Of a DNA stretch of 64,000 nt, positions 40,703-50,762 are shown one piece after another (the first letter of the stretch is position 1; the number at the start of each line of letters is the position of its first letter). The notes under the pieces are model-generated. The model was not told the DNA's origin, searched no databases, and saw only the letters and a list, made by a program, of their open reading frames with translations. The DNA is taken from contig JAEUTI010000026.1 of NCBI GenBank assembly GCA_016788065.1, positions 2,290 to 66,289 on the forward strand, written 5' to 3'. The DNA is from Bacteroidia bacterium (GTDB lineage: Bacteria; Bacteroidota; Bacteroidia; AKYH767-A; OLB10). The translations under genes and the position numbers were made by a program.

Positions 40703-43700
40703 CTACAGGGTAATAGTAATAGTTGTTCCCTGTGAATCACTGGTTTGTATCGCAAACACACCGCCAATTTCTTCGGCCCGTTTACGCATATTTTGTATGC
40801 CATTTCCGTTGTAAGCTTTGTTTTCTGTTATCACTATCCCTTTTCCGTTATCGCTAAATTTCATTTGCAAATGGTTGTCTTTTTTGGAAAAGGTAATGTG
40901 AACTTCCGAACTTTCCGCATATTTTATAGTGTTATGCAGCGATTCTTTAAAGATCAGAAACAAATTTTTTCGATGATCCATTTTAAGATGCATATTTAGA
41001 AGATGATCAGGACAATTGATGGTAAAGGAAATCCCGGCAACTCCCAAGACCGAAGCAGCATAGCTTTCCATCCGGTAATATAAATCACTTAATGCATCAT
41101 TTTCCGGTTTAACCGCCCAAACCGTATCACTGGTTTTGTCTATTATTTCCCGCGACCCGGAAGCAATTTTCTCTAATATGTTTGTAACATCTTCATTTGA
41201 TTCCCCCTTCAATTTGGAATGTGCTACCTGGCTGTATAAATGGATACTTCCCAATGTAGATCCAATATCATCATGCAGATCTCTTGCAATCTTATTCCGG
41301 ACCTCCTGTAATTTCAATATCTGTCGGATACGATACTTATACAATCCAAAAATAGAGAGGCCTGATATAAGTATTAGAAGTGAATAGAAATACCATGTTT
41401 TATAAAAAGGAGGAACTACAGTAATTTGATAGTATGCTATTTCACTTTCTATTCCATCGCTGTTTGTTGCCTTGAACCGGAAATTATATGACCCCGGAGG
41501 TAAGCTTGTATAGGAAACTAATGGGTTCGAAGCGTTATTTCGCCATTCGTCATCTATACCCTCCAACTGGTACTGAAATGTTGTTTGATCATTGAAGGAG
41601 AAGCAGTTTGCTGAAAGATATAATTTAACGAAATTTTTATTTGCAGGAAGAACAAGTTCCTGATTGAGCAAAGAGTCGGATGATTGATCCATAACCCACA
41701 ACCTCGTAATATGTACTTTAGGCTTTTCAAAATTGGCAAGCATCGAATCGGGATTGAATACAATATATCCACTATTGAAGCCGGCTGATAAACTTCGGTT
41801 ATCATTTTCAAAAAAATGACCTGAGACTCCATTGGGAATACCGTGACTCCGATCATATCGCTTGTAGCGATTTTTATCCGGATCATATTGTAAAATTCCG
41901 GATGCAGTTATTATCCATAAATTGCCATTATTGTCTTTATTTATACCTTGTAATGATTGATAGTTTCCGGGTATGATGGTAAAGTGTCCGCTCGTTGATT
42001 CAGGGTTGAATTTCATTAATCCTGATCCCTGAGAAGTAACCCAAAAAGTTCCATCCCTATTTTCAAGCATGTCGAAAATATTATTAACAGGTGTTGTAAG
42101 TTTGTTGTCTGTAAAGGTAACCCAGCTTTTCAACTCAGGAATTGAATTTTGACTATCCAACGAATCCTGCAAATCGACTTCCATTGGAATTAATTGTTGA
42201 ATTCCCTTGGTGACACCACATAGCCATATTCTGTTTTTGGAATCAATATAAATTTTTCGAACCAGGTTGTCGAGATAATCACTCTTCTTTAATGACTGAA
42301 GCTTAAATGGTAATCCAACATCTTTTTTATCAGGATCAACTATCGCAAGTATGTGACCATAAATGGAAGCAATTAAGTAGGATTTATCAGAGCTTTTGAA
42401 CTCTGCAATACTGTTAATGGTGGATGCATAAATGGAAAAGAAACTAAATGTCTCATAACTTACCAGTCTATTCATTTTAATCAACGACATGTTCAAAGTA
42501 TCAAGCTCAAAAAGTGTTTTGTTGGTGCCCACAAAAATTTTATTATCAGAAGTCTGAAATATTTCAGTTAACTGCAAGGGAGATTTTTCATATATAAATT
42601 CTTTATGAGTGAAGCTGGAACTCATTTTATCTTTATAAAAAAGTCCGCAATCACCAGCCACAATTTCGATACCACCCGGAGTAGTACACTTGCCATGAAT
42701 GTGACAGGTAATGGTATTTTTGGGAACCGGTAAGTAGGTAATATCGAATTGGTTTTGTGTAGGATCGTATAAATATAGCCCCGACATAGTTGCAATCCAA
42801 ATCCGGTTAAAGTCATCTTTGAAAATGGCATTCACCCTCGTAGTTACAGGTATCGAGAACCGGAAATTATCTTTAAATGAATTTTTGCTCCGATCAAAAA
42901 GGATAAGTCCTGCGAGTTTAGTGCCAATCCAGAGTGTACCTGACGGATCTTCGTTTATAGCATAAATTTCATCGCCTGAATTGTTCAGCTTCTCCGATTT
43001 GTCGAAAAAATATTGTTGCTTGTAATTTAATTCCAGATCTAACCGGTGAAGCGCATTATTCCAGGCGCCGACCCACACCGAAGAATCCTTTGCAATATAG
43101 ATGGTGTTAATGGTAGATGCACTATAAAATCTTACTGAATCGGGTTGTGTTTTCCTGATAATGGTATAAATGGATCTGGCAATAGTACCTGCATAAATAT
43201 CTTTACCCGTAGGCAGCAATGCATAGCAGGATCGGGCGGAATCAACTGTATTATATTTGTGATTTTCCAGCGACATATAACCTGATCCGCCATTGTTGAA
43301 TCCAATCCACAATCTGTTTCTGAATTTGTCGTATGCAATGGTGTTAATAGCATTGGATGGAAACCCCGACCTGTACTTATTGTATGATTTAAATCTTCCA
43401 CTCCTAAAATCATAAGAAGCTAATCCACTCGATGCTGTACCAATCCATAATATGGAATCAGCATCAACAGCCAGACTGGTTATGCTGTTAGCACAAATGG
43501 AATTTGTATCATTGCTGATGTGTTTGAAGATATGAAATTCATGACCATCATAGCGGTTTAATCCGTCTTTTGTTCCTATCCACATAAAGCCGTTATGATC
43601 CCTGGTAATACTTGTTACCTGATTATCGGATAACCCCTGTTCCGCGGAATAGTGCTTTAAGTTTAAAATTTTCTCTTGTGCTGAAGCTTCGTTAAAGCAA

Positions 43701-43783
43701 CTAAAAAGCAGGAATGCTGAAATCAGCAATCTGACATGTGTTAAATTTGAAACGAGTTGAAATATGGACAGAAGGATATTCAC
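40703..43783 (-). CDS. sensor histidine kinase with periplasmic two-component-regulator propeller repeats, Y_Y_Y domain, TM, HisKA_3 and HATPase
   Basis: Repeated W(I/V)GT..GL propeller blades. The H-box is ARDLHDDIGSTL and the ATPase G-boxes are near the C-terminus. GTG start. Paired with the LuxR-type regulator downstream. Confidence 0.85.
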   Translation of the reverse strand: MNILLSIFQLVSNLTHVRLLISAFLLFSCFNEASAQEKILNLKHYSAEQGLSDNQVTSITRDHNGFMWIGTKDGLNRYDGHEFHIFKHISNDTNSICANSITSLAVDADSILWIGTASSGLASYDFRSGRFKSYNKYRSGFPSNAINTIAYDKFRNRLWIGFNNGGSGYMSLENHKYNTVDSARSCYALLPTGKDIYAGTIARSIYTIIRKTQPDSVRFYSASTINTIYIAKDSSVWVGAWNNALHRLDLELNYKQQYFFDKSEKLNNSGDEIYAINEDPSGTLWIGTKLAGLILFDRSKNSFKDNFRFSIPVTTRVNAIFKDDFNRIWIATMSGLYLYDPTQNQFDITYLPVPKNTITCHIHGKCTTPGGIEIVAGDCGLFYKDKMSSSFTHKEFIYEKSPLQLTEIFQTSDNKIFVGTNKTLFELDTLNMSLIKMNRLVSYETFSFFSIYASTINSIAEFKSSDKSYLIASIYGHILAIVDPDKKDVGLPFKLQSLKKSDYLDNLVRKIYIDSKNRIWLCGVTKGIQQLIPMEVDLQDSLDSQNSIPELKSWVTFTDNKLTTPVNNIFDMLENRDGTFWVTSQGSGLMKFNPESTSGHFTIIPGNYQSLQGINKDNNGNLWIITASGILQYDPDKNRYKRYDRSHGIPNGVSGHFFENDNRSLSAGFNSGYIVFNPDSMLANFEKPKVHITRLWVMDQSSDSLLNQELVLPANKNFVKLYLSANCFSFNDQTTFQYQLEGIDDEWRNNASNPLVSYTSLPPGSYNFRFKATNSDGIESEIAYYQITVVPPFYKTWYFYSLLILISGLSIFGLYKYRIRQILKLQEVRNKIARDLHDDIGSTLGSIHLYSQVAHSKLKGESNEDVTNILEKIASGSREIIDKTSDTVWAVKPENDALSDLYYRMESYAASVLGVAGISFTINCPDHLLNMHLKMDHRKNLFLIFKESLHNTIKYAESSEVHITFSKKDNHLQMKFSDNGKGIVITENKAYNGNGIQNMRKRAEEIGGVFAIQTSDSQGTTITITL

Positions 43784-43878
43784 AAATACATCTTTTCTTC
43801 GCTAAGATAAGAATAGATGTGGAATTGTCAATTTCCTGACTTAAACTACTGATTATTCAACTGTTTACATCTGGTTTA

Positions 43879-45351
43879 TTAATTGATAATAACCTTTTTC
43901 GTTACCAGAGAAGTGCCATCAGTAATTCGCAAAACATAAATGCCTTTCACCGGACTCTGAATATTAAAAGAAGCAGAATTTTGTCCTTCGTTTACAGAAA
44001 TTTGCTGGCTGATAATTTCTCTTCCCTGCATATCATTTAAGGTGACAGTAGCCGAGCCGGCTATAGCCGATGATATCTGTAAATCAAAATTACCATTTCC
44101 TGGATTCGGTATAATGTTGATGTTTGTTTCAGCTTCTTTCAGAAATGATAAGTTAGAAGGATTTACCAGCAAGGTGGTAAATGTTTGCTTCGTCCCCCAA
44201 GGTGAAATATTTCCACTTGCAGCATCACAAACTGCTCGCACACTCCAGTCGTATGATGTGTTTGCAAGCAATCCTGTTAATTGATAGGTGTTTGAAGTCA
44301 ATCCCGTTATAGTTGTCCATGTTGTTGATGAAGACGGCTTGATCCTTACATCAAAAGTTGAATAGCATTTTGTAGGATTCCACTTTAAGAAGGCAGATTT
44401 TTTAGTGATATATTTTGTTCTGCGACCACCCGGTGAAACGCAAATAACCGGATTCAAACAATCTTGCAACAAACTTACAGACGCATCGGCACTAAGCTGA
44501 TTTTGCATTGCATACCATTCCTGACATTGATCTTTCAAACGAAAGTTTAACCAGGGAATTAAATACTGGTTTACTTTACCTTGTTGCGTGGCACGACTAA
44601 TAGTGGGTGATGGACTACAGGTTAATTCACCAAATGAACAATTGAAATTCTGATTAGCAAATTGACAATGACTACCTCCCAGAATATTGATGTAGCTTTT
44701 GCAATCGGAGCCGGTGTTATTATAAATGAGCTGACTATGTTGTGCAGCCGGTGTAACACAATCGTTTCCTCCTGCAAAAATTAGTGCAGGAATTGTAATT
44801 GCAGCAGCAGCGCCCGAGGCTGATGGGTTCGTCTCTGCGGGAGCTAATCCTGCAATCGCAGTGATGGTTGGTAAGTATTGTACAGCAAGAAAAGATGCTC
44901 CTCCTCCCATAGAGTGACCCATAACACAGGAAGTAGCCGACACTTTACCGTTAAATAAATTCCCGGAAGTATTACCTGCAGTTTGCAAGGAACTGATCAC
45001 GAAAGCCAGATCACGCCCGAATGCATCATGGTCGGGTAGTATGCTGCCTTCGGTTTTAGGAAGTGCAACAATATAACCTTCAGGAACCAATGCCGACCAA
45101 ATATTATCGTATGCAGCAGTCGTCATCACAAAACCATGTCCAAAAGAAATTACCGGAAACTTTATACCCGTACCTGCCACAGGGGTATTGGTTCCGGCGG
45201 CTGTGGCCGGATAATACACCGTTGTTTCGATAGCACGATTCCCGCGTGACGGATCAGTAAATGTTATCGTAGTTGAACCTATTGCATAATTTTGTGCATT
45301 AACTCCCGCACAAGCAAGCAGTAATCCAATGGAAAGTAGAAGTGTTTTCAT
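43879..45351 (-). CDS. secreted alpha/beta hydrolase (dienelactone-hydrolase/cutinase/PETase-like) with Fn3-like domain and T9SS type A C-terminal domain
   Basis: Signal peptide ...GVNAQ. Nucleophile elbow GHSMGG (44902-44919). Candidate acid in GGNDCV and candidate His in GGSHCQF. The C-terminus is IIPNPGNGNFDLQI...GIYVLRI. Confidence 0.75.
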   Translation of the reverse strand: MKTLLLSIGLLLACAGVNAQNYAIGSTTITFTDPSRGNRAIETTVYYPATAAGTNTPVAGTGIKFPVISFGHGFVMTTAAYDNIWSALVPEGYIVALPKTEGSILPDHDAFGRDLAFVISSLQTAGNTSGNLFNGKVSATSCVMGHSMGGGASFLAVQYLPTITAIAGLAPAETNPSASGAAAAITIPALIFAGGNDCVTPAAQHSQLIYNNTGSDCKSYINILGGSHCQFANQNFNCSFGELTCSPSPTISRATQQGKVNQYLIPWLNFRLKDQCQEWYAMQNQLSADASVSLLQDCLNPVICVSPGGRRTKYITKKSAFLKWNPTKCYSTFDVRIKPSSSTTWTTITGLTSNTYQLTGLLANTSYDWSVRAVCDAASGNISPWGTKQTFTTLLVNPSNLSFLKEAETNINIIPNPGNGNFDLQISSAIAGSATVTLNDMQGREIISQQISVNEGQNSASFNIQSPVKGIYVLRITDGTSLVTKKVIIN

Positions 45352-45467
45352 ATGACTCAATTTGAGTCTCATGAAACAAATGATATGGGCAATAAGTTTA
45401 ATGCAATCTGGCTTTCTTTTTAAAAAGCTGACATTCAGGCAGGACTTAACTTAATGGGAAAGTTAAA

Positions 45468-45830
45468 TCAAATTTCACGCTCGTACTCCCAGGCATTGTA
45501 AAGCTCATTTAAAAAGAGATTCTCTCTCTTCGAAATCTGCCTATCGGCCGCAACCAGTCTGGTAGCCATATCCAAAAAGTGATTCCGCTGATCTAAAGTG
45601 GAATCCATGTAAAAGTCATTCATTGCTGTGTTGAAATGAAGCGCATAGTCTTCGCTTTTCATAGCAGAAATTATATCCATTTCAGATTCAAGATCGGGAA
45701 GTTGTCCCAGATTCTCTTCCATGAACTGACGTATTATTTTATCTTCTTTTCCATTAAATCTGCCATCCACTGCAGAAAGGATCATCAACATGTGATAACC
45801 TGCTACTGAACGGCTCATTGGTGAACTCAT
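45468..45830 (-). CDS. hypothetical protein (possibly TerB-like fold)
   Basis: 120 aa. The ILSAVDGRFNGKEDKII and LVAADRQISKRE segments are reminiscent of TerB-type repeats. The assignment is weak. Confidence 0.35.
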   Translation of the reverse strand: MSSPMSRSVAGYHMLMILSAVDGRFNGKEDKIIRQFMEENLGQLPDLESEMDIISAMKSEDYALHFNTAMNDFYMDSTLDQRNHFLDMATRLVAADRQISKRENLFLNELYNAWEYEREI

Positions 45831-46201
45831 AGGTGTTGGTGCTCTTAATTCGCCCGACTAAATTAATAAAAGAAAGGAAACGCAAGGTGAAATTGATGTA
45901 ATTCACAGATATTCAACAGGTTAGATGCTTTTATGTTTTAAAATCCTTTAAAATTTTGTAATATATTGAAACATAGCCACTTGTTTATTTTTGAAGTATT
46001 GTAACCGTTTCAACAGGCTGCGTACAAGGGTAATGAAATGCGCGGAAAAGTCTCCCCAAACTAGGGTGGTTTCTACGGTTTTAATTTGCAAGTAATTAAC
46101 AACCAATTGATTAACATTGAGCTAACACTCGTGAGTTGCTGCATTAAGGCAAACAGGTTGGGCTAGCATGTAATTAACCATCAATTAACAGTATTTGAAA
46201 T

Positions 46202-49200
46202 ATGGTTTTCTTAAAAAACAGAGCATTTAAACTCGACAAACGGATCTACCTGGTGTTTGCCTTGGTAGTTTGTATTGCAGTTGCCAATGCATTGCTGAGC
46301 ACTTCAAAAATCAGAAACAATAAGAATACCATATTCGAGATTACCACATTTACGAATCCAACATTAGAGAGTCTGGAAGAATTCAACATGCTGGTAACGC
46401 GTTCCCGCATGTTTATTACAAACTGGGTTTATCTACCAAATAATGAAACCGACAAAGAACAATTAGTTCAGTTTAATAAAGTCAATTATCCGAAACTTAA
46501 AAGCAGGTTAACGGGATTATCTACCGGATGGAGATCTTCCGAGAATGTTGAGCACATGGATAAGTTGTTCAAAGATTATGAGGAAGTGATTCGTGAACAA
46601 GAAAAAATTATGAAGAGTCTGGTGGAGTTCGATGACTACCAGGACCCCATGAAGAAATATCTTGCTGAAGAGCAATTGGAGAGTGAAATTATTCCTCGTA
46701 CGAATAAAATTCTGGGCAATCTGCGCACCATTATTAAGCTTAAAAAGGATGAAGCAAAAATTATGCAGGACCACATGGTTCAGGATAATGATCATTTGCT
46801 GGTAATTGTTTTTTCTCTTGCGGTGCTCATAGTTTTGTCGGTAATGGCTGCCGGTATTTACATGATGAAAAAAATCATCATCCCTTTAGTTAGTGTAAAA
46901 GAGATTATGCTTCGAATGAGTAAAGGGGAACTTCCGGATGTGAATCTGAATTACGACAACAATGCACTTGCAGAAATGACAAATGCACTTGCTCAATTGC
47001 GTGATGGTTTACAACGTACATCCACCTTTGCGGGAGAAATAGGGAAGTCCAATTTTAATGCTTCATTTGCTCCTTTAAGTGAGAAGGATGTACTTGGAAG
47101 TGCATTATTGGAAATGCGTAACAAATTAAAAAATGCAGCAGAAAGTGATGCTGTCAGAAACTGGATCTCAGAAGGGTTTGCCAAAATTTCAAATATCCTT
47201 CACCGGAATACTGATGACATCAGAAGTGTTTCCAATGAATTAATCAGCGATCTGGTCATGTATGTGGAAGCACAACAAGGTGTTGTGTATTTGGTAAATG
47301 ATGAGAATGAAAAGGATGTATTTATTGAACCTGTTTCATTTTTTGCACCCGGAAGAACGGAATTGAATTTAAAGCGAATTGATTTTAAAGAAGGTGTTGT
47401 TGGACAGGTAATTTTTACTAACCGACGCATCCATTTGCAAAATGTTAAAGAAACCATTCCGCCAATTGAAACTGGTGTAGCAAAAATTGCAGTTTGCGAT
47501 GTTTTCGTGATGCCTTTGTTTGCAGCGGGTCGGGTGGTAGGTGCTGTCGAGATAAAGTCTGCGCAGCCCCTTACTGTTAAGATGCGTGAATTTATTGAGC
47601 GTGTTGCTGAACCTATAGCATCCAATATTCTGAACCTTAAGGCAAATTTGCTAACCCGGAAATTACTGGAAGAATCGCAGCTAAAAACCAGAGAACTTGC
47701 ACAACAGGATGATGAATTGCGTCAGATTAACAATGAACTGATGGTTCAATCGGGTCGCCTCAAGCAATCGGAATCAGCTCTCAGAAAGCAGCAGGAAACC
47801 ATGCAAAAAGTAAATGCTGAATTGGAAGCAAAAGCGTTGCTGCTGGAAGAAAAAAATATGACCATTGAAGATGCTCATAAAGCACTTGCATTTAAAGCCG
47901 ATCAGCTTGAAAGAAGCAGTAAATATAAATCCGATTTCCTTGCAAATATGTCGCATGAGTTGCGCACTCCACTTAATAGTGTATTAATTCTCGCTAAACT
48001 GTTAAGTGAAAACCGTACCGGTAATATGAATCCAAAGCAGATTGAACACGCGAAGGTAATTCATAAATCGGGCAGCGACTTACTCGTTATTATTAATGAT
48101 ATTCTTGACCTTTCTAAAATTGAAGCCGGTAAACTGGAGCTTATTAAAGAGCCTACAGCATTGACAGAAATTGTTGGAAATATGGAGCAACTTTTCAGAG
48201 AAGTTTCAGTCGATAAGCACATATCATTCAAGACAGAAATTGACAGCTCCCTGAAAGATGTTATTCATACTGATCGGGTCAGAATAGAACAAGTGCTGAA
48301 GAATCTCTTGTCTAATGCTTTCAAGTTTACTCCAGCAACCGGAACTGTAACATTTAAGGTTACGAAGGCTGCTCCCACTGTTTCATTCCGGAATGAAAAA
48401 CTTCAGAACAGTAAATCTGTTTTGTGCTTCTCTGTTACAGATACCGGTATAGGTGTGCCTGAAGAAAAGCAAAAACTGATATTCGAAGCTTTCAATCAGG
48501 CCGATACCTCAATTACCAGAAAATATGGTGGGACAGGTCTCGGATTGGCAATCAGCAGGCAACTAACTGCTTTATTGGGTGGTGATATTGTGCTTGATAG
48601 TATTGAAAACAAAGGATCAACTTTTAGTATTTATCTTCCACAATATGATGATGCAACTCCGGCTATAATTGGTGATGTGGTCCGGACTGTTAAGTCACAG
48701 CCGGTTAACTATGATAATGCGCGGCAGGTTGTAATTTTTGCTGCCGATGATGCGAATGTGGAACCATGGAGAAATTTACTTGCCATTGAGAATTTTAAAG
48801 TAATGGCCTTCTCGGTTCCTGATGATCTTGGTTCGGGACGGGAGGTGGCCCTTGTAATTATAGATCAGACACTTTCAGATAAAGAGTTTATCAGTATGGT
48901 GCACATGATTAAAGGAATGAATGCAACGAAAAATGCTGCAATAATTTCACGTTCTGTTTCCGAGTATGTCCCTGCAGAAATAGCATCTGAAATCATTTTC
49001 CACACCACCGCTCCTGTTAATCAGTCTCTGGTTTCTCAAATTCTTTCAAAGGTTTATGCGAATGAATATGCATTGACAGGTAACTCACCTGATTTACATG
49101 TTAGTGAACCAGCGGTTAAAGAAGTAATTCCTGTATTTAATATGCCACCTGCCCGAAACAAAGATTCGGTTTCATTGCAAGGCAAAAAAGTTTTAATTGC

Positions 49201-49555
49201 TGATGATGATATGCGAAACATTTATTCGCTATCAACATTATTTGAAAACGAAGGTGCTACGGTTGTTTTTGCAATGGATGGGCTTGAAGCTTTGCAATGC
49301 CTGAAGGAAAATCCGGGTATTGATCTTATTCTAATGGATATTATGATGCCAAATATGGATGGTTTGCAGGCAATGCAGGAAATCAGAAAAATAAATGCTT
49401 TTGTTCATTTGCCAATAATAGCTGTCACAGCCAAAGCTATGCGCGACGATCGGGAAATATGTATTCGGGCCGGTGCTTCTGAATATATAACAAAACCCGT
49501 AAACTCCGAGCTACTCATGAATCATGCATATTCATTACTAAAACTTAATCCCTAA
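46202..49555 (+). CDS. hybrid sensor histidine kinase (2 TM, HAMP, GAF, coiled coil, HisKA, HATPase, receiver-like segment, receiver)
   Basis: H-box FLANMSHELRTPLNS and G-boxes GTGLGLAISRQL. The C-terminal receiver has VLIADDD...LILMDIMMPNMDG...AVTAKA. Confidence 0.9.
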   Translation: MVFLKNRAFKLDKRIYLVFALVVCIAVANALLSTSKIRNNKNTIFEITTFTNPTLESLEEFNMLVTRSRMFITNWVYLPNNETDKEQLVQFNKVNYPKLKSRLTGLSTGWRSSENVEHMDKLFKDYEEVIREQEKIMKSLVEFDDYQDPMKKYLAEEQLESEIIPRTNKILGNLRTIIKLKKDEAKIMQDHMVQDNDHLLVIVFSLAVLIVLSVMAAGIYMMKKIIIPLVSVKEIMLRMSKGELPDVNLNYDNNALAEMTNALAQLRDGLQRTSTFAGEIGKSNFNASFAPLSEKDVLGSALLEMRNKLKNAAESDAVRNWISEGFAKISNILHRNTDDIRSVSNELISDLVMYVEAQQGVVYLVNDENEKDVFIEPVSFFAPGRTELNLKRIDFKEGVVGQVIFTNRRIHLQNVKETIPPIETGVAKIAVCDVFVMPLFAAGRVVGAVEIKSAQPLTVKMREFIERVAEPIASNILNLKANLLTRKLLEESQLKTRELAQQDDELRQINNELMVQSGRLKQSESALRKQQETMQKVNAELEAKALLLEEKNMTIEDAHKALAFKADQLERSSKYKSDFLANMSHELRTPLNSVLILAKLLSENRTGNMNPKQIEHAKVIHKSGSDLLVIINDILDLSKIEAGKLELIKEPTALTEIVGNMEQLFREVSVDKHISFKTEIDSSLKDVIHTDRVRIEQVLKNLLSNAFKFTPATGTVTFKVTKAAPTVSFRNEKLQNSKSVLCFSVTDTGIGVPEEKQKLIFEAFNQADTSITRKYGGTGLGLAISRQLTALLGGDIVLDSIENKGSTFSIYLPQYDDATPAIIGDVVRTVKSQPVNYDNARQVVIFAADDANVEPWRNLLAIENFKVMAFSVPDDLGSGREVALVIIDQTLSDKEFISMVHMIKGMNATKNAAIISRSVSEYVPAEIASEIIFHTTAPVNQSLVSQILSKVYANEYALTGNSPDLHVSEPAVKEVIPVFNMPPARNKDSVSLQGKKVLIADDDMRNIYSLSTLFENEGATVVFAMDGLEALQCLKENPGIDLILMDIMMPNMDGLQAMQEIRKINAFVHLPIIAVTAKAMRDDREICIRAGASEYITKPVNSELLMNHAYSLLKLNP

Positions 49556-49616
49556 TTCTCAATCCTTAATCCTTAATCCTTAATCCTTAATCCTTAATTC
49601 TTAATCCTTAATCCTT
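49547..49616. repeat. heptanucleotide microsatellite (AATCCTT)x10
   Basis: 7 exact and 3 degenerate units. It starts in the last codons of the upstream kinase gene (stop TAA at 49553-49555) and ends 10 nt before the next ATG (49627). Confidence 0.95.
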
Positions 49617-49626
49617 CCTCTGCCAC

Positions 49627-50757
49627 ATGGAACTGCAATCATCACCTGTAAAAAATGTTGTAAAAAAGCAGGTACTAAATCTGCTGCTTGTCGACGACAG
49701 ACCTGAGAATTTATTGACGCTTGAGAGTATTCTGGAGCGTGATGACAGACATATTATCAAGGCTTCTGGTGGAAATGAAGCATTAAGGATAGCCATTAAA
49801 GAAGAAATTGCTCTGGTATTGCTCGATATTCAGATGCCGGACATAGACGGAGTTGAGGTTGCACGCTTATTAAGATCAAATAAAAAGACCCGACATATTC
49901 CAATTATTTTTGTTTCCGCTGTCAGTAAAAGTGAGCGACCTTCCTTAGAGGAATTCGAAGAAGGTACTATTGATTGTTTGGGTAAACCACTCAATCTGGA
50001 TGAAACTAAATACAAAGTTGCAGCCTATGAAAGAATGTACAGGTTGCAGAATGATCTGGGATTGATGAAAGCGTCGTATGATCAAATAAAAGCTCAGTTG
50101 GAGCAGTTTGTTTATATTGTATCCCACGATTTAAAAGCTCCTATTCGTGCTATCGATAATTTATGTAACTGGATTGCTGATGATTTAGGCGGACAAGCCG
50201 ATGCCAATACATCTGAGAATATTTCTTTGATGCGAAGCAGGGTAAACCGAATGTCGAGTTTATTGGATGGTGTGTTAGAATTTTCCCGTGTTGGAAGAAT
50301 TTCAGATGAAGATGCTCCATTGGATATTACACAGATGGTTCATGGAATTTTTGAAGCTATTGCGCCCCCAAAAGGATTTACAATTCAAGCGAATGAACTT
50401 CCGGTAATTCAGGCAAGTCAGATAAAATTTTATAAGATATTTCACAACCTGATAAGTAACGCAGTGATTCATCATCATGATCCTGAAAATGGATTGATTT
50501 CTGTTTCTGCCATCAAGCAAGAGGACGCAATTATTTTTAAGGTTACCGATAATGGTCCCGGTATCAAGCCACAATATTATGATAAGGTTTTTGAACTTTT
50601 TGCAACATTGAAATCAAAAGATGAAAAAGAAACTACCGGCGTGGGACTGGCTGTGGTTAAAAAGATTGTTGAAGATTTTGGTCAGAAAATCTGGATTGAA
50701 AGTAATGAATCTTCACAGATTTCATTTTGTTTTAGTTATCCAATGAAATCTTCATAA
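49627..50757 (+). CDS. response-regulator receiver fused to a histidine kinase
   Basis: Receiver motifs LLLVDDRPEN...VLLDIQMPDIDG...FVSA. H-box SHDLKAPIRAI. An HATPase domain with a G-box is present. Confidence 0.85.
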   Translation: MELQSSPVKNVVKKQVLNLLLVDDRPENLLTLESILERDDRHIIKASGGNEALRIAIKEEIALVLLDIQMPDIDGVEVARLLRSNKKTRHIPIIFVSAVSKSERPSLEEFEEGTIDCLGKPLNLDETKYKVAAYERMYRLQNDLGLMKASYDQIKAQLEQFVYIVSHDLKAPIRAIDNLCNWIADDLGGQADANTSENISLMRSRVNRMSSLLDGVLEFSRVGRISDEDAPLDITQMVHGIFEAIAPPKGFTIQANELPVIQASQIKFYKIFHNLISNAVIHHHDPENGLISVSAIKQEDAIIFKVTDNGPGIKPQYYDKVFELFATLKSKDEKETTGVGLAVVKKIVEDFGQKIWIESNESSQISFCFSYPMKSS

Positions 50758-50762
50758 ACTAT

